A stretch of 64,000 bases of DNA from Octopus vulgaris (taxonomy: Eukaryota), in the NCBI GenBank assembly GCA_951406725.2, contig OX597823.1:60140001-60204000 (forward strand). The letters run 5' to 3'. A model generated the notes under the pieces. That model made no database searches, was not told the origin of the DNA, and worked only from the letters and a program-made list of their open reading frames with translations. Below are positions 25,624 to 39,266 of the stretch, in pieces. Both the position numbers and the translations under genes were made by a program. The stretch's first letter is position 1. Each line of letters begins with the position of its first letter.

Positions 25624-27562
25624 CTCTCATGCACAGCACACTTCCATAGGACTGGGTCTTCAGTCATTTCCTTGGTGAGACCTAAAGTTCGAAGGTCGTG
25701 CTTCACCACCTCGTCCCAGGTTTTCCTGGGTCTACCTCTTCCACAGGTTCCCTCAACTGCTAGGGTGTAGCACTTTTGCACACAACTATCTTCAGCCATT
25801 CTCGTCACATGACCATACCAGCGCAGCCGTCTCTCTTGCACACCACAACTGACACTTCTTAGGTTCAACTTTTCTCTCAAAGTACTTACACTCTGACGAT
25901 TATGAACACTGACATTACACATCCATCGGAGCATACTGGCTTCATTTCTTGCGAGCTTACGCATATCCTCATCAGTCACGGCCCATGTTTCACTACCATG
26001 TAGCATGGCTGTACGTACACACGCATCATATAGTCTGCCTTTTACTCTTAGCGAGAGGCCTTTTGTCACCAGCAGGGGTAAGAGCTCTCTAAACTTTGCC
26101 CAGGCTATTCTTACTCTAGCAGTTACACTTTCAGCACACCCACCCCCGCTACTGACTTGGTCTCCTAGGTAGCGGAAGCTATCAACTACTTCTAGTTTGT
26201 CTCCCTGGAACGTGGTAGAAGTTGGTCTCTGCACATTTCCAGTGTTTATTGCTCCTGAGCATCTGCCACAGACAAAAACTATTTTCTTAGTTAGCCTTCC
26301 TTTGACATTGCTGCACCTCTTATGTGTCCATAGCTTACACTTGGTGCACCTTATAGAGTTTCTACCTACACCTTTTTTACAGATCGAGCAGGGCCATCTA
26401 CCTGAAGTCGTTTGTGATTGGTCCACCTTCCTACTTATTAGGACTTTGGTTTTGGCTAGGTTGATTCTAAGGCCCTTCGATTCTAATCCTTGTTTCCACA
26501 CCTGAAACTTCTCCTCCAGTTCTGATAGTGACTCAGCAATTAGAGCAAGGTCATCAGCATAGAGGAGCTCCCAGGGGCATCCTGTCTTGAATTCCTCCAT
26601 TATTGCCTGGAGGACTATGATAAATAGGAGGGGACTGAGGACTGAACCTTGGTGGACCCCAACCTCTACCCGGAATTCTTCACTGTACTCGTTGCCAACC
26701 TTCACCTTACTAGCAGCGTCTCTGTACATGGCTCGCACAGCTCTCACTAACCATTCGTCTATCCCTAGTTTCCTCATTGACCACCAGATAAGGGATCGGG
26801 GGACCCTGTCAAAGGCTTTCTCCAAGTCAACAAAAGCCAGATACAAGGGCTTATCTTTGGCTAGGTATTTCTCCTGCAGCTGTCTTACCAGGAATATAGC
26901 ATCAGTAGTACTTTTCTCTGGCACGAACCCAAACTGCATATCATCTAAGCTAACTCTCTCTCTAATTAATTGGGCTATAACCCTCTCCGTAACCTTCATT
27001 ACCTGATCCAGCAGCTTGATGCCCCTGTAGTTATTTGTATCTAGGGCGTCGCCTTTACCTTTGTAGCAGTTGACTATTATGCTGCTACACCAGTCATTGG
27101 GTATGACTCCTTCATGTATCACCTGGTTTACTATACGGGTGACTAAGCTATAGCCGACACTACCAGATATTTTGAGCATCTCTGCAGTAATTCCTGATGG
27201 GCCTGGGGCTTTCCCTGTTTTCATGCTTCTAATTGCCTTATCTACTAAGGAACTGTTAACTCGGATTGCTGGTCCCTCTGTTGGGTCGACATTCGGGAGA
27301 CTCTCTTTATCCCATTCATTTTCCTCATTCAGCAACCTTTCATAGTGGCGTCTCCAAGCCTCTCTCTTTGCATCCTCATTTAGCGCAAGTGAACCGTCAT
27401 TCTTGCGAACACATTTCTCTCCTACCACGTCACGATTCTCTCTCACACACTGTCTCGCAACACGAAATACCTCAAGTCTTTCATCCTCACGGCGCAGGAC
27501 ATTGGCAAATTTTTCTTTATCTGCCTCCCCTCTGGCTAGATAGACCTGTCTCCTAGCTTCCC
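25608..27562 (-). CDS. RTE reverse transcriptase (N-terminally truncated, no APE domain) with PHD-type zinc finger
   Basis: Uninterrupted frame with KAPGPSG, NYRGIKLL, QFGF, FVDLEKAFDRV, GVHQGSVLSPLLF, LYADDL, FRYLG and RLRWYGHV..GRGRPRKTW. The first ~22 aa of the listed ORF come from flanking DNA. Confidence 0.93.
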
Positions 27563-27751
27563 TATATATATATATATATATATCCATCCATTTGATAAAT
27601 AGAGATTGCGAAAGAGCATACACTAGCAAATTATTGGAGAGGCAATATAATCAAACAAAGAAGTACTTGAAAACAGTCTCCCAGCATGGCCACACTTCAG
27701 AAACTAAGACCAGTGAAAAGGATAAAAGAGTACACATATCTATAGATTGAA

Positions 27752-27798
<47 letters not shown>

Positions 27799-27832
27799 GG
27801 ATGATGATGATGATGATCATGATGATGATGAT

Positions 27833-28100
27833 AATGTGGAATCTTTAAACAGAAACAATTCCTATCATATAGGTGCATTAGGTATGATAAAAAAAATATT
27901 CAGACAAATTCATAACAAAAACACCAGGACTTACAAATATATATAACATACAGAAAATTGCACTGCCGGGCACTGCACACATCCTACACAAAACACTTTC
28001 AATACAGCATCACAGCAAACCACAGCACATACCCAAGGCACACAGAGCTGCACTCGATAGTGAAGTGAAAGTATGATATAAAAATAAGACTGCTGAATAA
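27833..28100 (+). mobile_element. R4/Dong-like 3' end, degenerate copy of 12160-12433
   Basis: ATGTGGAATCT..ACAGAAACAATTCCTATCATA..TAGTGAAGTGAAAG..CTGAATAATAAT. Confidence 0.85.
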
Positions 28101-28129
28101 TAATAATACACTCCAATGCAGAATGAGAC

Positions 28130-28664
28130 AGTGGCTCTCATGTCCTCTGATCTTAATTAATTAGAAGTGTTATCATGTACATTGTTTTGCTTTGATATAA
28201 AAGAAAGGTCACAGCAAATATTCTGCTCAATACTACAGATTTGCTTGTTAGTTGTTTGACCTTAACCAGTTGACCATGTCCCTTAGTGGCTGACAATATG
28301 TGCTTCTCTGATCACTAGCAGAAGTAGTGGAGGAGCATCATAGCTATGTGTTGAGAGGAATTTTTGGGGGTTTGGATAATTCACCTTTGGAAACATGGGA
28401 GTTTTGTACAACATCCTTAAACAAACCTTATTCAGTGACCATTTGAGTGAGATAGTCTACTCAACCTGACAAAAAGTCTAATGGGGCCCCACCTGCAGGT
28501 CATGTGCTGTTTATCTTGATATGAGATCCCCACGTCACACACATATGGTTGTGGTGCATGTTCCTTGTGTACCCTTATCAGACAAGTAGTCATGATGGGT
28601 ATACTGGGCTTCATATATTCTACCCCAGGGTCACTTTGATAGCATGCACTGCTCTCTCACTCAA

Positions 28665-28695
<31 letters not shown>

Positions 28696-29272
28696 AAGGA
28701 GAAGAAGAAGAAGAAGAAGAAGAAGAAGAAGAAGAAGAAGAAGGAGGAGGAGAAGGAGGAGGAAGATGAGGAGGAGGAGGAGGAGGAAGAGGAGGAGGAG
28801 GAGAAGAAGAAGAAGAAGAAGAAGAAGAAGAAGAAGAATGATAATAATAATACTGCAAATATTCTGCCCAATACCACAGATTTGCTTGTCATTTGTTTGA
28901 CCTTAACCATTTGAGCATGCCCCTCGGTGACTGACGATATGTGCATCACTGATCACAAGCATGTGATGAGAGAAATTCTTTGGGGTTTGAAAAATTTACC
29001 TCTGTAAATATGAGTGTTTCATCGATCATCCTTAAACAACTCTTAACCTTTCGAGTGGGATGGCTACTCGACCTAGAGAAAATTCTAACTGGGCCCCACC
29101 TGCAAGGTCATGCACTGTTTATCTTGATATGAAATGATTATGTTATGCAGATATGGTCATGGCATACACGTTGTGTACCCTTATGAGATGGCTAGTCATA
29201 ATGTGTATACTTGGTTTCGCATATTTTACCCCAGTGTCACTTTGATGGCATGCACTGCTCTCTCACTCAATA
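28130..29272 (+). repeat. Two diverged copies of a ~420-530-bp interspersed repeat ending CTCTCTCACTCAATAA, separated by (GAA/GAG)n
   Basis: 28213-28665 aligns with 28854-29272 (GCAAATATTCTGC..GCATGCACTGCTCTCTCACTCAATAA); probably a retroposon 3' end. Confidence 0.75.
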
Positions 29273-29514
29273 ATACTAACAATAATGATAATGATAATAA
29301 TAATGAACTTTCCCATCAAAGACAACATATGCATGTTCAGCTTATGCCACACAACCTGCACATATGATTTTTCTATGGTGATCAAATATATGAGCTATAC
29401 CTTACCTTCCTCTCTCCATCAAATCTATTTTCTGAATATATGTACAGTGCACTATGCATTAGGTGTACTATACACACGCACATACAGAACAATGTGAAAC
29501 AGAGCGTTTCACAC

Positions 29515-30470
29515 AAAAACACAATTCACCACCTGGTCTAGGAATTGAAACCAGGACCTCGCAATCATGACTGCAACACCTTAACCACTAAGCCATTATA
29601 ATAATAAGAAAAAGAATAACAACGAGAATACAATGCACTACCTGGTCTAGGAATTGAAACGAGGACCTTGCAATCATGATTGCAACACCCTTACCACTAG
29701 GCTATTATAATAATAATAAGAAGAACAAAAAGAACACAATGCACCACGTGGTCTAGGAATTGAAACCAGGACCTCACAATCATGATTGCAACACCATAAC
29801 CACTAGGCCATTATAATAATAATAATAAAAATAACGACAAGAACAAAAAGCACCACCTGGTCTGGGAACTGAAACCAGGACCTCGCAATCATGATTGCAA
29901 CACCATAACCACTAGGCCATTATAATAATAAGAAGAATAACAAGAACACAATGCACCACCTGGTCTAGGAATTGAAACCAGGACCTCACAATCATGATTG
30001 CAACACCCTAACCACTAAGCCATTATAATAATAATAAGAAGAATAGCGACAAGAACACAAAGCACCACCTGGTCTTAGAATTGAAACCAGGACCTCGCAA
30101 TTATGTTTGCAACACTCTAACCACTAAGCCATTATAATAATAAGAAGAATAACAAGAACACGATGCACCACATGGTCTAGGAATTGAAACCAAGACCTCA
30201 CAATCATGATTGCAACACCCTAACCACTAGGCCATTATAATAATAAGAAGAAGAATAGCGACAAGAACACAAAGCACCACCTGGTCTTAGAATTGAAACA
30301 AGGACCTCGCAATCATGTTTGCAATACCCTAACCACTAAGCCATTATAATAATAAGAAGAATAATAAGAACACAATGCACCACGTGGTCTAGGAATTGAA
30401 ACCAGGACCTCACAATCATGATTGCAACACTCTTACCACTAGGCCATTATAATAATAAGAAGAATAATGA
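29515..30470 (-). repeat. Nine tandem ~105-bp units, each a tRNA-like SINE head plus an AAT/AAG spacer
   Basis: Unit cores near 29532, 29641, 29748, 29856, 29959, 30068, 30172, 30280 and 30383. Minus strand TGGCTTAGTGG (A-box) ... GGTTTCAATTCC (B-box). Confidence 0.93.
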
Positions 30471-31316
30471 CAACAACAACAACAACAATAATATTAATAA
30501 CAACAACAACAATTATTATTTTAGTGATAATAACAATAATAATATTTAAAGCCAACAGAGAGATTATTACTAGAAAAACTAGGTTATGCCAAGAGTATCA
30601 TAAGTCAAAAGCATCAAATATAACTAGAGTGTTGTGTTTGTAGGTCAGTGGAAAACATTCTTTTTGCCAGAACTTTGCTCATCCAGAACTAACAGAACCC
30701 ATCCAACTATAGAAACATCTTCCATAATTAATAAAGGCCTTTTAATATCACCAATCAATTGGACGATTCACTTGTAAATTCAGATTTGTTTGTCTTTCGC
30801 CCTTCTATTTAATCTACTGATGTTGTTGATGTCACTGCTACTAGCAACAACAGACAGTGCAGCTGATGTTATCATTGGTACAGAAACACATACATGTACA
30901 CAGATGAGTGCGTATATAGCCTGACACATGTAACACATACATACGCACTCGCATAAGGAACGTATATATGTGCACAAACACACACGCACACACACGCATA
31001 GAGAAAAATATTGATATAGATATACATATATGTATATGCATATATATGCACATATATGCATATGTATATATCTGTATGTGTATAAGAATGGATATATGTA
31101 CACATATGCCTATATACATACATATGCATACATATAAATATATGCATATATATATGTATATATACATATATATATATATGTATGTATATATATTTATATA
31201 TGTATATGTATATATATATATATGTATATATATATGTATATATATATGTATATATATATGTATATATGTATATATGTATATATATATGTATATATATATA
31301 GATATACATACATGTG

Positions 31317-31361
<45 letters not shown>

Positions 31362-32559
31362 GTATGTATATGTGCACACACACATACACATACATAATTA
31401 TTGACGTTAGCAATGCAATACATATATATATATATATATATGTATGTTTATATATATATATATATCCTTGTAAACATCAACCAACATTAATAAAATTAGC
31501 CGCAAGTATTATTATCATATCATTTTTATTGCCATCAATATATTATTTATCTTTATTATTAGAAACATACAGAACTGTCGCAGTTGGCAGAAATAAAGAA
31601 ACAATAGATTAAGAGAAGGCAATACTCCAGAGTGGTTTGGGCCATGATGACGAAAACAAAGTAATGAGCCAGGCTACATAAACGTCTTGCTCGGAGAACC
31701 TGCTATTTGGTCCTACAAGACCTGCCATGTGAGCTAATGAGGAAGCTTCTGTAGAGCCTCTGTTGAGCTTCTGTAGAGACCAGCAATGTGTCAGAGTATT
31801 GGCTGCTATATCTAGGAATGTGGTGGATATTTTAAAAATATATTTTAAGGTTCTAGAGAATCTATATTAATTCAATTCTTCCGTGTACTGGACCATGCTT
31901 TTTAATTGGTAGGCTTATCACATATATATCTTTTCTTTTACTTGTTTAGGTCATCGGACTGTGGCCATGCTGGAACACTATCTTGGAGGGTTTAATCAAA
32001 CAAATCAACCTCAGCACTCCTTTTGTTAAGTCCGGTTCCTATTTCATTGGTCTTCATTTGCCAAACTGTTCAGTAGTGGGTATGTAAACAAACCACCACA
32101 AGTTGTCAAGCAATGTTTTGAGACAAAGACAAACACAAAAACAAACATACACAGGCACACGAATGCACACACACACACACAAACAAATTTTACAATCAAT
32201 AATATTTAACTCTTCTATGCTGATCAAATCACTCCATCATTGAATGCTCCACTATTATACACACACTAGCTTTAACTTAATAATTTTAGGTTAACATTTA
32301 TAATCTAGACTAGGCAATGCATTAAGCAAGGCACTACATTTCACACTTCTCTGGTCTACACAGCCATAAATGAGTAACCCTGCAATCAACTTGTATTTTG
32401 TTTATAGGGAATGTTGTGATCTCAGTCACTTATGTTCCATGGAAACTGGATAGCCAACTTTATGAATTTTATGAGTTCTAGGAGGACTTACTTTGCCCTT
32501 CCTTCAAATTTGATGACTTCTGCATATGTTGGGAAACCAACATTTTATGATACTAAAAG

Positions 32560-32772
32560 GTGGTCAGCTGGCAGAATTGTTAGAATGATGGACAAAATGT
32601 TTTGTGGCATTTCATCTGACTTTACATTCTGAGTTCAAATTCTGCCAAGGTCAACTTTGTCTATTGTCCTTTTGGAATCGATAAAATAAGTACCAGTTGA
32701 GCATTGAGGTCAATGTAATCAACTTATTATGGCTCTCGAAGTTGCTGGCTTTGTGCAAAAATTGGAAACCAG
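32560..32772 (+). mobile_element. SINE family B, diverged
   Basis: GCTGGCAGAATTGTTAG..TTCTGAGTTCAAATTCTGCCAAGGTCAACTTTG. Confidence 0.75.
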
Positions 32773-32785
32773 TATTTTATTCTTT

Positions 32786-32988
32786 TATTCTTTTATTTGT
32801 TTCAGTCATTTGACTGTGGCCTTGCTGAAGCTCTGCCTTTAGTTGAACAAATCGACCCCAGTACTTATTCTTTGAAATCCTTGTACTTATTCTATCAGTC
32901 TCTTTTGCCGAACCGCTGAGTTACAGGGATGTAAACACATCAACATTAGTTGTCAAGTGATGGTGGGGGGACAAACACAGACACACAA

Positions 32989-33029
<41 letters not shown>

Positions 33030-33196
33030 CAACAAGCTTTCTTTCAGTTTCCATCTTCCAAATCCACTCACAAGGCTTTGGTCAACCCAAGGCCATAGCA
33101 GAAGACACTTGCCCAAGCTGCCACACAGTAGGATGAGAACCTGGAACCATGTGGTTGGTAAGCAAGCTACTTACCACACAGCCACTCCTGTGCCTA
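32786..33196 (-). mobile_element. SINE family A
   Basis: Full reverse-complement match. Confidence 0.88.
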
Positions 33197-33284
33197 TAAT
33201 ATAAAAGTAGGTGTTTATTTACATTTTTACACTGTGCTCCTAAGGAAGCCAATAATACAAGATATCCTTCCAGTGTGGCCAATT

Positions 33285-33438
33285 CTTTTATTCTTTTAAT
33301 TGTTTCAGTCATTTGACTGTGGACATGCTGGAGCACTTCTTTTAGTTGAATTAATCAACCCCTGGACTTATTCTTTGTAAGCCTAGTACTTATTCTTTCA
33401 GTCTCTTTTGTTGCACTGTTAAGTTGAGGGAGGCATAA

Positions 33439-33493
<55 letters not shown>

Positions 33494-33652
33494 ACAAGCT
33501 GCTTCCAGTTTCCATCTACCAAATCCACCCACAAGGCTTTGGTCGGCTCAAGGCTATAGTAGAAAACACTCACCTAAGGGGCCATGCAGTGGGATGAGAA
33601 CCAGGAACCATCTGGTTGGTAAGCAAGTTACTTACCACACAGCCACTCCTGC
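33285..33652 (-). mobile_element. SINE family A, small internal deletion
   Basis: Shares the unusual GGATGAGAACC variant with 32786-33196. Confidence 0.85.
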
Positions 33653-35407
33653 ACTCTATAACTGGTAGAATTGTTAGAGCAAATTGCATTAGTTGTTCTG
33701 TTCCCTCTATGTTTTGGGGTCAAATTCCACTGATGTCAACTTTCTGATTATCATTCTCAATACTTCGTCAGTCAGGGCTGACCATCCATATATTTGCACC
33801 TGGAAAGTTCTTTCCTGGAGCAGAGACCAAGAAATATTTTTTATAGAAGCCCAACAGTTGACAATGCTTGTGTGTTTTCTTGCTCCATGTCACTGATATT
33901 ATTCAAAGGAGAAGCAAGGATCAATACCGATGAGAGGGAGGAAGTGGGATGTGCCCTCAAACAAGAGACCTAACCCAGATGATTGAAACAGAGTAGACTC
34001 TACTAAAGGCAACCAAGAACCAGATGGTGGTATTAATATGGGTGATGAAGGAAGTCTGTGATACCAAGAAGTTCTTGGCAGGATTTGAACTCAGACACAA
34101 AGAGCCAGAACAAATATAGCAGGGTATGCAGTTTAATGATCTTGCAGTTCCGTTTTGGAGTGGTGATTTACTTTATCAAGCTCAAATAAATGAAAGGTAA
34201 AGCTGACCTCATCAGAAATTGAACTCAAATTGCAAGAAGTCAGAACAAAAACATTTATCCTATTTTCTATCTTTAAAACAGTATCCATTATATAATGCTT
34301 GTAAAAAAAGTAATAAATAATATAAATAATAAAATATCAATATAAAATGATACAAATAATAAAATAATAAATGATGCAAATAGTATTATATATAAAAAGA
34401 TACTGTACATTTGGTTCCCTGTGGCTATAGTTATTCATACAAGGGAGATAACCACCCACTCACAATATATTTAAGTTTTTTTTAATATTTTTATCTATTA
34501 CAAAGTTCTTACAGTTTCTTGTTGTTTATCACTATTTCATTCTTTTTAGAAATCTTCAGCATGATAAAACCTATAACCTATTAATTAGATGTATAATGAA
34601 GAGACATTTCATTAAAATTAAAGATGAAATTAATTACAATCTGGAGGAAATACATGGAATGATTTTTTTCTTTCATTATATTTTCTTCATGGAACATAGA
34701 TAAGATATAGACATAACTGGAAAAAAACTTTGATTAAATGTCTGCTTGATAATGTTTGGCCAGGGGCTAAACAGCAACATCATCACCATCATAACTCGCA
34801 TCATCATCATCACTATTACATCAACGTCATTATCATCATCATCTTCCCTGTAGAACTAAAGAGGGAGGCACCTAAGAAGTTGTTCAGCATGCTAGAGAGT
34901 GTAACCAAATTACCCTCATACTCAAATTAAGCAAGACACAAGGGTATTGCATTCTTAAATATACTACGGAGGAAAGTAAGATGGGCCTTCATGGTTTGAG
35001 CAACACCAACAATTAATCAGTAAACTCATCATCGTCATCATCATCATCATCATCAGCATCATCATCGTCATCATCATCATCATCATCATCATTATCATCA
35101 TCATCATCATCATTATCATCATCATCATCATTATCATCATCATTCTCATTGACAAACTTTCATTGTGCCCTATCAGAATTTGCATAAGGAAGTCATCTTT
35201 CTCATCTCCAGCCTGATGTGAGGGCACAGAAAGTGTGTCAATAGTCAGCTGGAGGAGATGTCTTCCTGGGGCTATAAACTACAGTAGCATCAACCCTTAA
35301 GGGTTAGCCACATTTAGGTGGCAAATATCTCTCTCTATATATATATATATTTATATGTATGAATGTATATATTATATATATATATGTATGTGTATATATA
35401 TATGTAG

Positions 35408-35440
<33 letters not shown>

Positions 35441-35854
35441 TTAAATTGTTTCCATCCAAAATGGAGACAAACACCATTCCTCCATGTAATAAGCTTGAAA
35501 AATTGTTAAGATATTAAGATATTTTCTTGACACAAAACTAATGGTAGCCTTAATACACAAATAAAGACATTTTCTCCACCAATTTTGAGCAGCCATCAAC
35601 TTGGTAGCTAGGTTGTGAAGGAAAGTATCTTGTTTTAATCATCATCCTTTAAATCTCAATTCTTGCAATTCCTTTCATAATCCCTGCTACAAGGATTTAT
35701 AGCGTACGAATTAAGGATTTGCATTCTTTCCACAAGGTCCCATGTCCAGCCATACTCTGCTCCAGATGGATTGGTATTATGTATGTATGTATGTATGTAT
35801 GGATGGATGGATGGATGGATGCAAGCATATATAGTTGTATATACACAGAAACAT

Positions 35855-35893
<39 letters not shown>

Positions 35894-35926
35894 TGCAGAT
35901 AGACTAACATAAATGTATGTATGTGT

Positions 35927-35966
<40 letters not shown>

Positions 35967-36005
35967 CACTATTATACATTTATATATATATATACATACA
36001 TACAC

Positions 36006-36122
<117 letters not shown>

Positions 36123-36402
36123 TATATATACACACACACATATATATATATACTCTCTCTCTGTCTCCTTCTCTCAAACACACACATAAAATAGACTTCT
36201 TTCAGTCCCCATCTACCAAATTCCCTCATAAGGCATTAATCAACCTGGGACTATAGCAAAAGGCTCTTCCACGAGGCGCCTCACACTGGGACTGAACCAA
36301 AAAACCACATAGTTTCCAAAAGTGAGCATTTTAACTAAACAGTACCTTTGGTTAACACCTAGTTTTTTTAACACTTGCTAACTACCATTATTTTGTTTTT
36401 CT

Positions 36403-36618
36403 AAGGCAGTGAGCTGGCAGAAATGTTAGCATGCTGGGTGAATTGCTTAGTGGTATTTTATTTGTCTTTATGTTCTGAGTTCAATTTCTACCAAGGTCGA
36501 CTTTGCCTTTAATCCATTCAGGGTTGATAAATTAAGTACCAGTTGCATACTGGGGTCGATCTAATCGACTGGCCAACTCCCCAAAAGTTATGGGCTTTGT
36601 ACCTAGAGTAAAAAAGAA
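36403..36618 (+). mobile_element. SINE family B
   Basis: AAGGCAGTGAGCTGGCAGAAATGTTAGC head, GAGTTCAATTTC B-box. Confidence 0.85.
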
Positions 36619-36783
36619 TGTTTTGTTTTTCTTTCTCTAAGTAAATGAGAAATTTTTGAGTTACAACATTCAGGACACTACACTTTAACTTATGTTACTA
36701 AGTTAATGTCAGTCATTCATTTGAGTTATTTCCCTTAGCACATTTTATTTATATAGTTTTTAATATACATAAACATCATTATA

Positions 36784-37017
36784 TATTTCTTTACTACCCA
36801 CAAGGGGCCAAAAACAGAGGGGACAAACAACGACAGACAAACGGATTAGGTCGATTACATCGACCCCAGTGCGTAACTGGTACTTAATTTATCGACCCCG
36901 AAAGGATGAAAGGCAAAGTCGACCTCGGCGGAATTTGAACTCAGAACGTAACGGCAGACGAATTACGGCTACGCATTTCGCCCAGCGTGCAAACGTTTCT
37001 GCCAGCTCGCCGCCTTT
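36784..37017 (-). mobile_element. SINE family B, young copy with 15-bp TSD
   Basis: CpG-rich; ATAAACATCATTATA at 36769-36783 and 37018-37032. Confidence 0.92.
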
Positions 37018-38399
37018 ATAAACATCATTATACAACTTCTTCGTCTTCTTTTAAAATACTCTATTATAAGGAAAATTTTGTTACTTTTTCTAGCTTAGCT
37101 GTGCAAGGTATATGTAATCATAATAACAGTTTTATTGCCTGATTTATGTTCCAACCTAAACCATCCCATCTATTTTCCTGTTGTTCTATATCTAGGTTTT
37201 AGCTATTTCATTATATTTATTCGATTTTGACGCAGTGGGAAAATTTGACTGCTATCTCTAGCAGGTGAAGTGAACATCATATACAGGCTTCTTCTTCTTC
37301 TTCTTCTTCTTGAGTGCTAAGAAGCTACAAAACTGATTGAAGTAATAGTGAACTTCACTGAATAATATAGTTGGAATATTAATAAAAGCCATTATGCCAG
37401 AGTTGGTAGGAAACTGCTATTGAATACTTTTAATTAGGACAGACAGGAGCATAAGCAAGAAATTGACAGAAATTTATTAAATTATGTACAAAATTGAAAA
37501 TGGAAAGAAACCAGGAGTAAACTGAAAGATAATTACGTATATATATATATGTGTGTGTGTATGTGTGTGCCTGTATGCACATGTGTGCTTATTACTATAT
37601 TATGTATATATGCTATATGTCTGTTGTTTTTGTGAGTGCTGGAGTTCATGAATGTATAGTTACAAGTGCGTTTATATGTGTGTATATATATGTGTTTAAG
37701 AGTTGAAATATTTCAAGTAAGGTTTCTTTAAAATGTTTACCGTTGTGATAGTGACCTTCCAGATGACCTTTGCAACATGTTGTAAACTATTCAATGAAAT
37801 CAAGCATCAGTGATTAATTAACCCCTTAATTTTCAGATTAATTTGTCAAATGTAATACTTATCTGTTCACATTAATTTTGATTTATTCAGGTTCAAGTGG
37901 GGTGTCCACAATATTTACTTGTAACTTTGTTAATTTTCTACATACCTATTAGAAATTTTGTAAACAGGTGCTTATATGCTAGTGGTTTTTGCTGATCTTT
38001 CTGATTAAATTTGACTTTTATGGGTAGGTAAATTTAATTAACAGGTGTAAAAACAACATTATGAATAAACACTAAAATTCATATTCTTAATACATCTTAT
38101 CTGTTTGATTTGTTACTAAAATTATCTCAGATATCAACCACCAACAATTTTGCATTTTTCAAGATGATGTACATTAATTTGAATTAATTAAAATACAGAT
38201 GTAATCAGTACAAGATTTTATTCTTTCTCTATATTTCATTGAAACATTTTCATTGAAAAATAAAGTCCTAAACTCTTTTATTAGTCAATATACCATTGGC
38301 TATGTACTCTTATACAATTTAATGAATTCATATACGTAACAGAATGCATCTAATAAAAAAAGTTCATTAACAGGTGAGACAAAGGTAAACACAGTCTGC

Positions 38400-39266
38400 A
38401 AACTTTTTTTTTTCCATTTATCTTTTCGACTTTATGAAAGTCAATATTTTCTCTGTCGACATCCACCTCAGTTAATTTTGCTTTTACACAATATCCAGTA
38501 TCTGATTCACAAACTTCTCATACCTTGATCCCCCATTTAGTGGGTTTGGCAGGCATGTACTGCCGAAAATGTACTCTGCTCTTATAGCCTATCATGGCTT
38601 CATCTACAATGATATTTTTCCCAGGTAGATACACAGTTTTATTACTATTAAGGAGTAAATCAATTACAAGACATACTTTGTACAGGGGATCATAGTTTGG
38701 GTCGTTTTTGCTGGGGGCGTTAGCAGAATCAATTAAATGTAAATAGTGAGATATTTTTGAATATCTCATCTTCGGCATTATACTTGAGATATACAGATCA
38801 CCATACCTTATATCAGGACTCCAGTAGTTCCACAGTCTAGGAAGCTGTTTAACACCATACATAATATTGATTGTGAAAAATGCTTTCATTTCTGCAGTAT
38901 AATGGATCATTTCTTCCACAAATAGAAATTACATGTTGCACATATTTGTTTGTTTCCTCCATAACATTTTCAAAAAAACTTTCCAGTAAAAATAAAATAG
39001 ATAGTCCAATGGTTGAGCATCAGGAGGCAAACTGTGTTGTGGACCAGTGTTTTCTGTGAAATCAGGAATAGTGATTGGTGTTGTAATCTTTGACCATGTT
39101 GCCAAGTTTCATCACTTTCATTCTCAAAATCTTTCTTATCCGACGAATATTCACTAATACCGATATAAGATTCATCCAATGACAAAATACTCTTGTTTTC
39201 ATTTATATTTTCAATACTCTCAAGAGTAAAACCTTCAAAGTTGGAATTGCTACTTGCTGACGCCAT
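38400..39266 (-). pseudogene. piggyBac (PGBD4-like) transposase remnant
   Basis: Acidic N-terminus (38970-39266), then EMKAFF..MYGVKQLP..YWS..YDPLYKV..VDEAMIGYKSRVHFRQYMPAKPTKWGIKV; frameshifted and truncated. Confidence 0.88.

Larger units (their letters stand above)
23302..27562 (-). mobile_element. RTE-clade LINE, 5'-truncated, with a six-fold tandem 3' UTR, inserted in (TA)n
   Basis: (ATG)n tail at 23302-23325, RT ORF, abrupt 5' truncation at 27562, (TA)n on both flanks. Confidence 0.95.

Noticed and set aside
23364-25639. Repeated ORFs (MLWARNKHHP..., [11 protein letters not shown]...) resembling a peptide gene array
   Set aside because: They are readings of the tandem RTE 3' UTR, and frames are not conserved between units
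27563-27629. N-terminus of the 673-aa ORF as a real start or gene fusion
   Set aside because: Chance read-through from flanking DNA and (TA)n across the 5' truncation point
29515-30470. CRISPR-like appearance or tRNA gene cluster
   Set aside because: Spacers are homologous low-complexity AAT/AAG rather than unique, the context is eukaryotic with no cas genes, and the units lack a proper acceptor stem and match a SINE head
37817-37890. TTAACCCC as the terminus of the piggyBac at 38.4-39.3 kb
   Set aside because: No matching opposite TIR found, and it resembles the separate MITE end at 17200-17395, so linkage is unsupported
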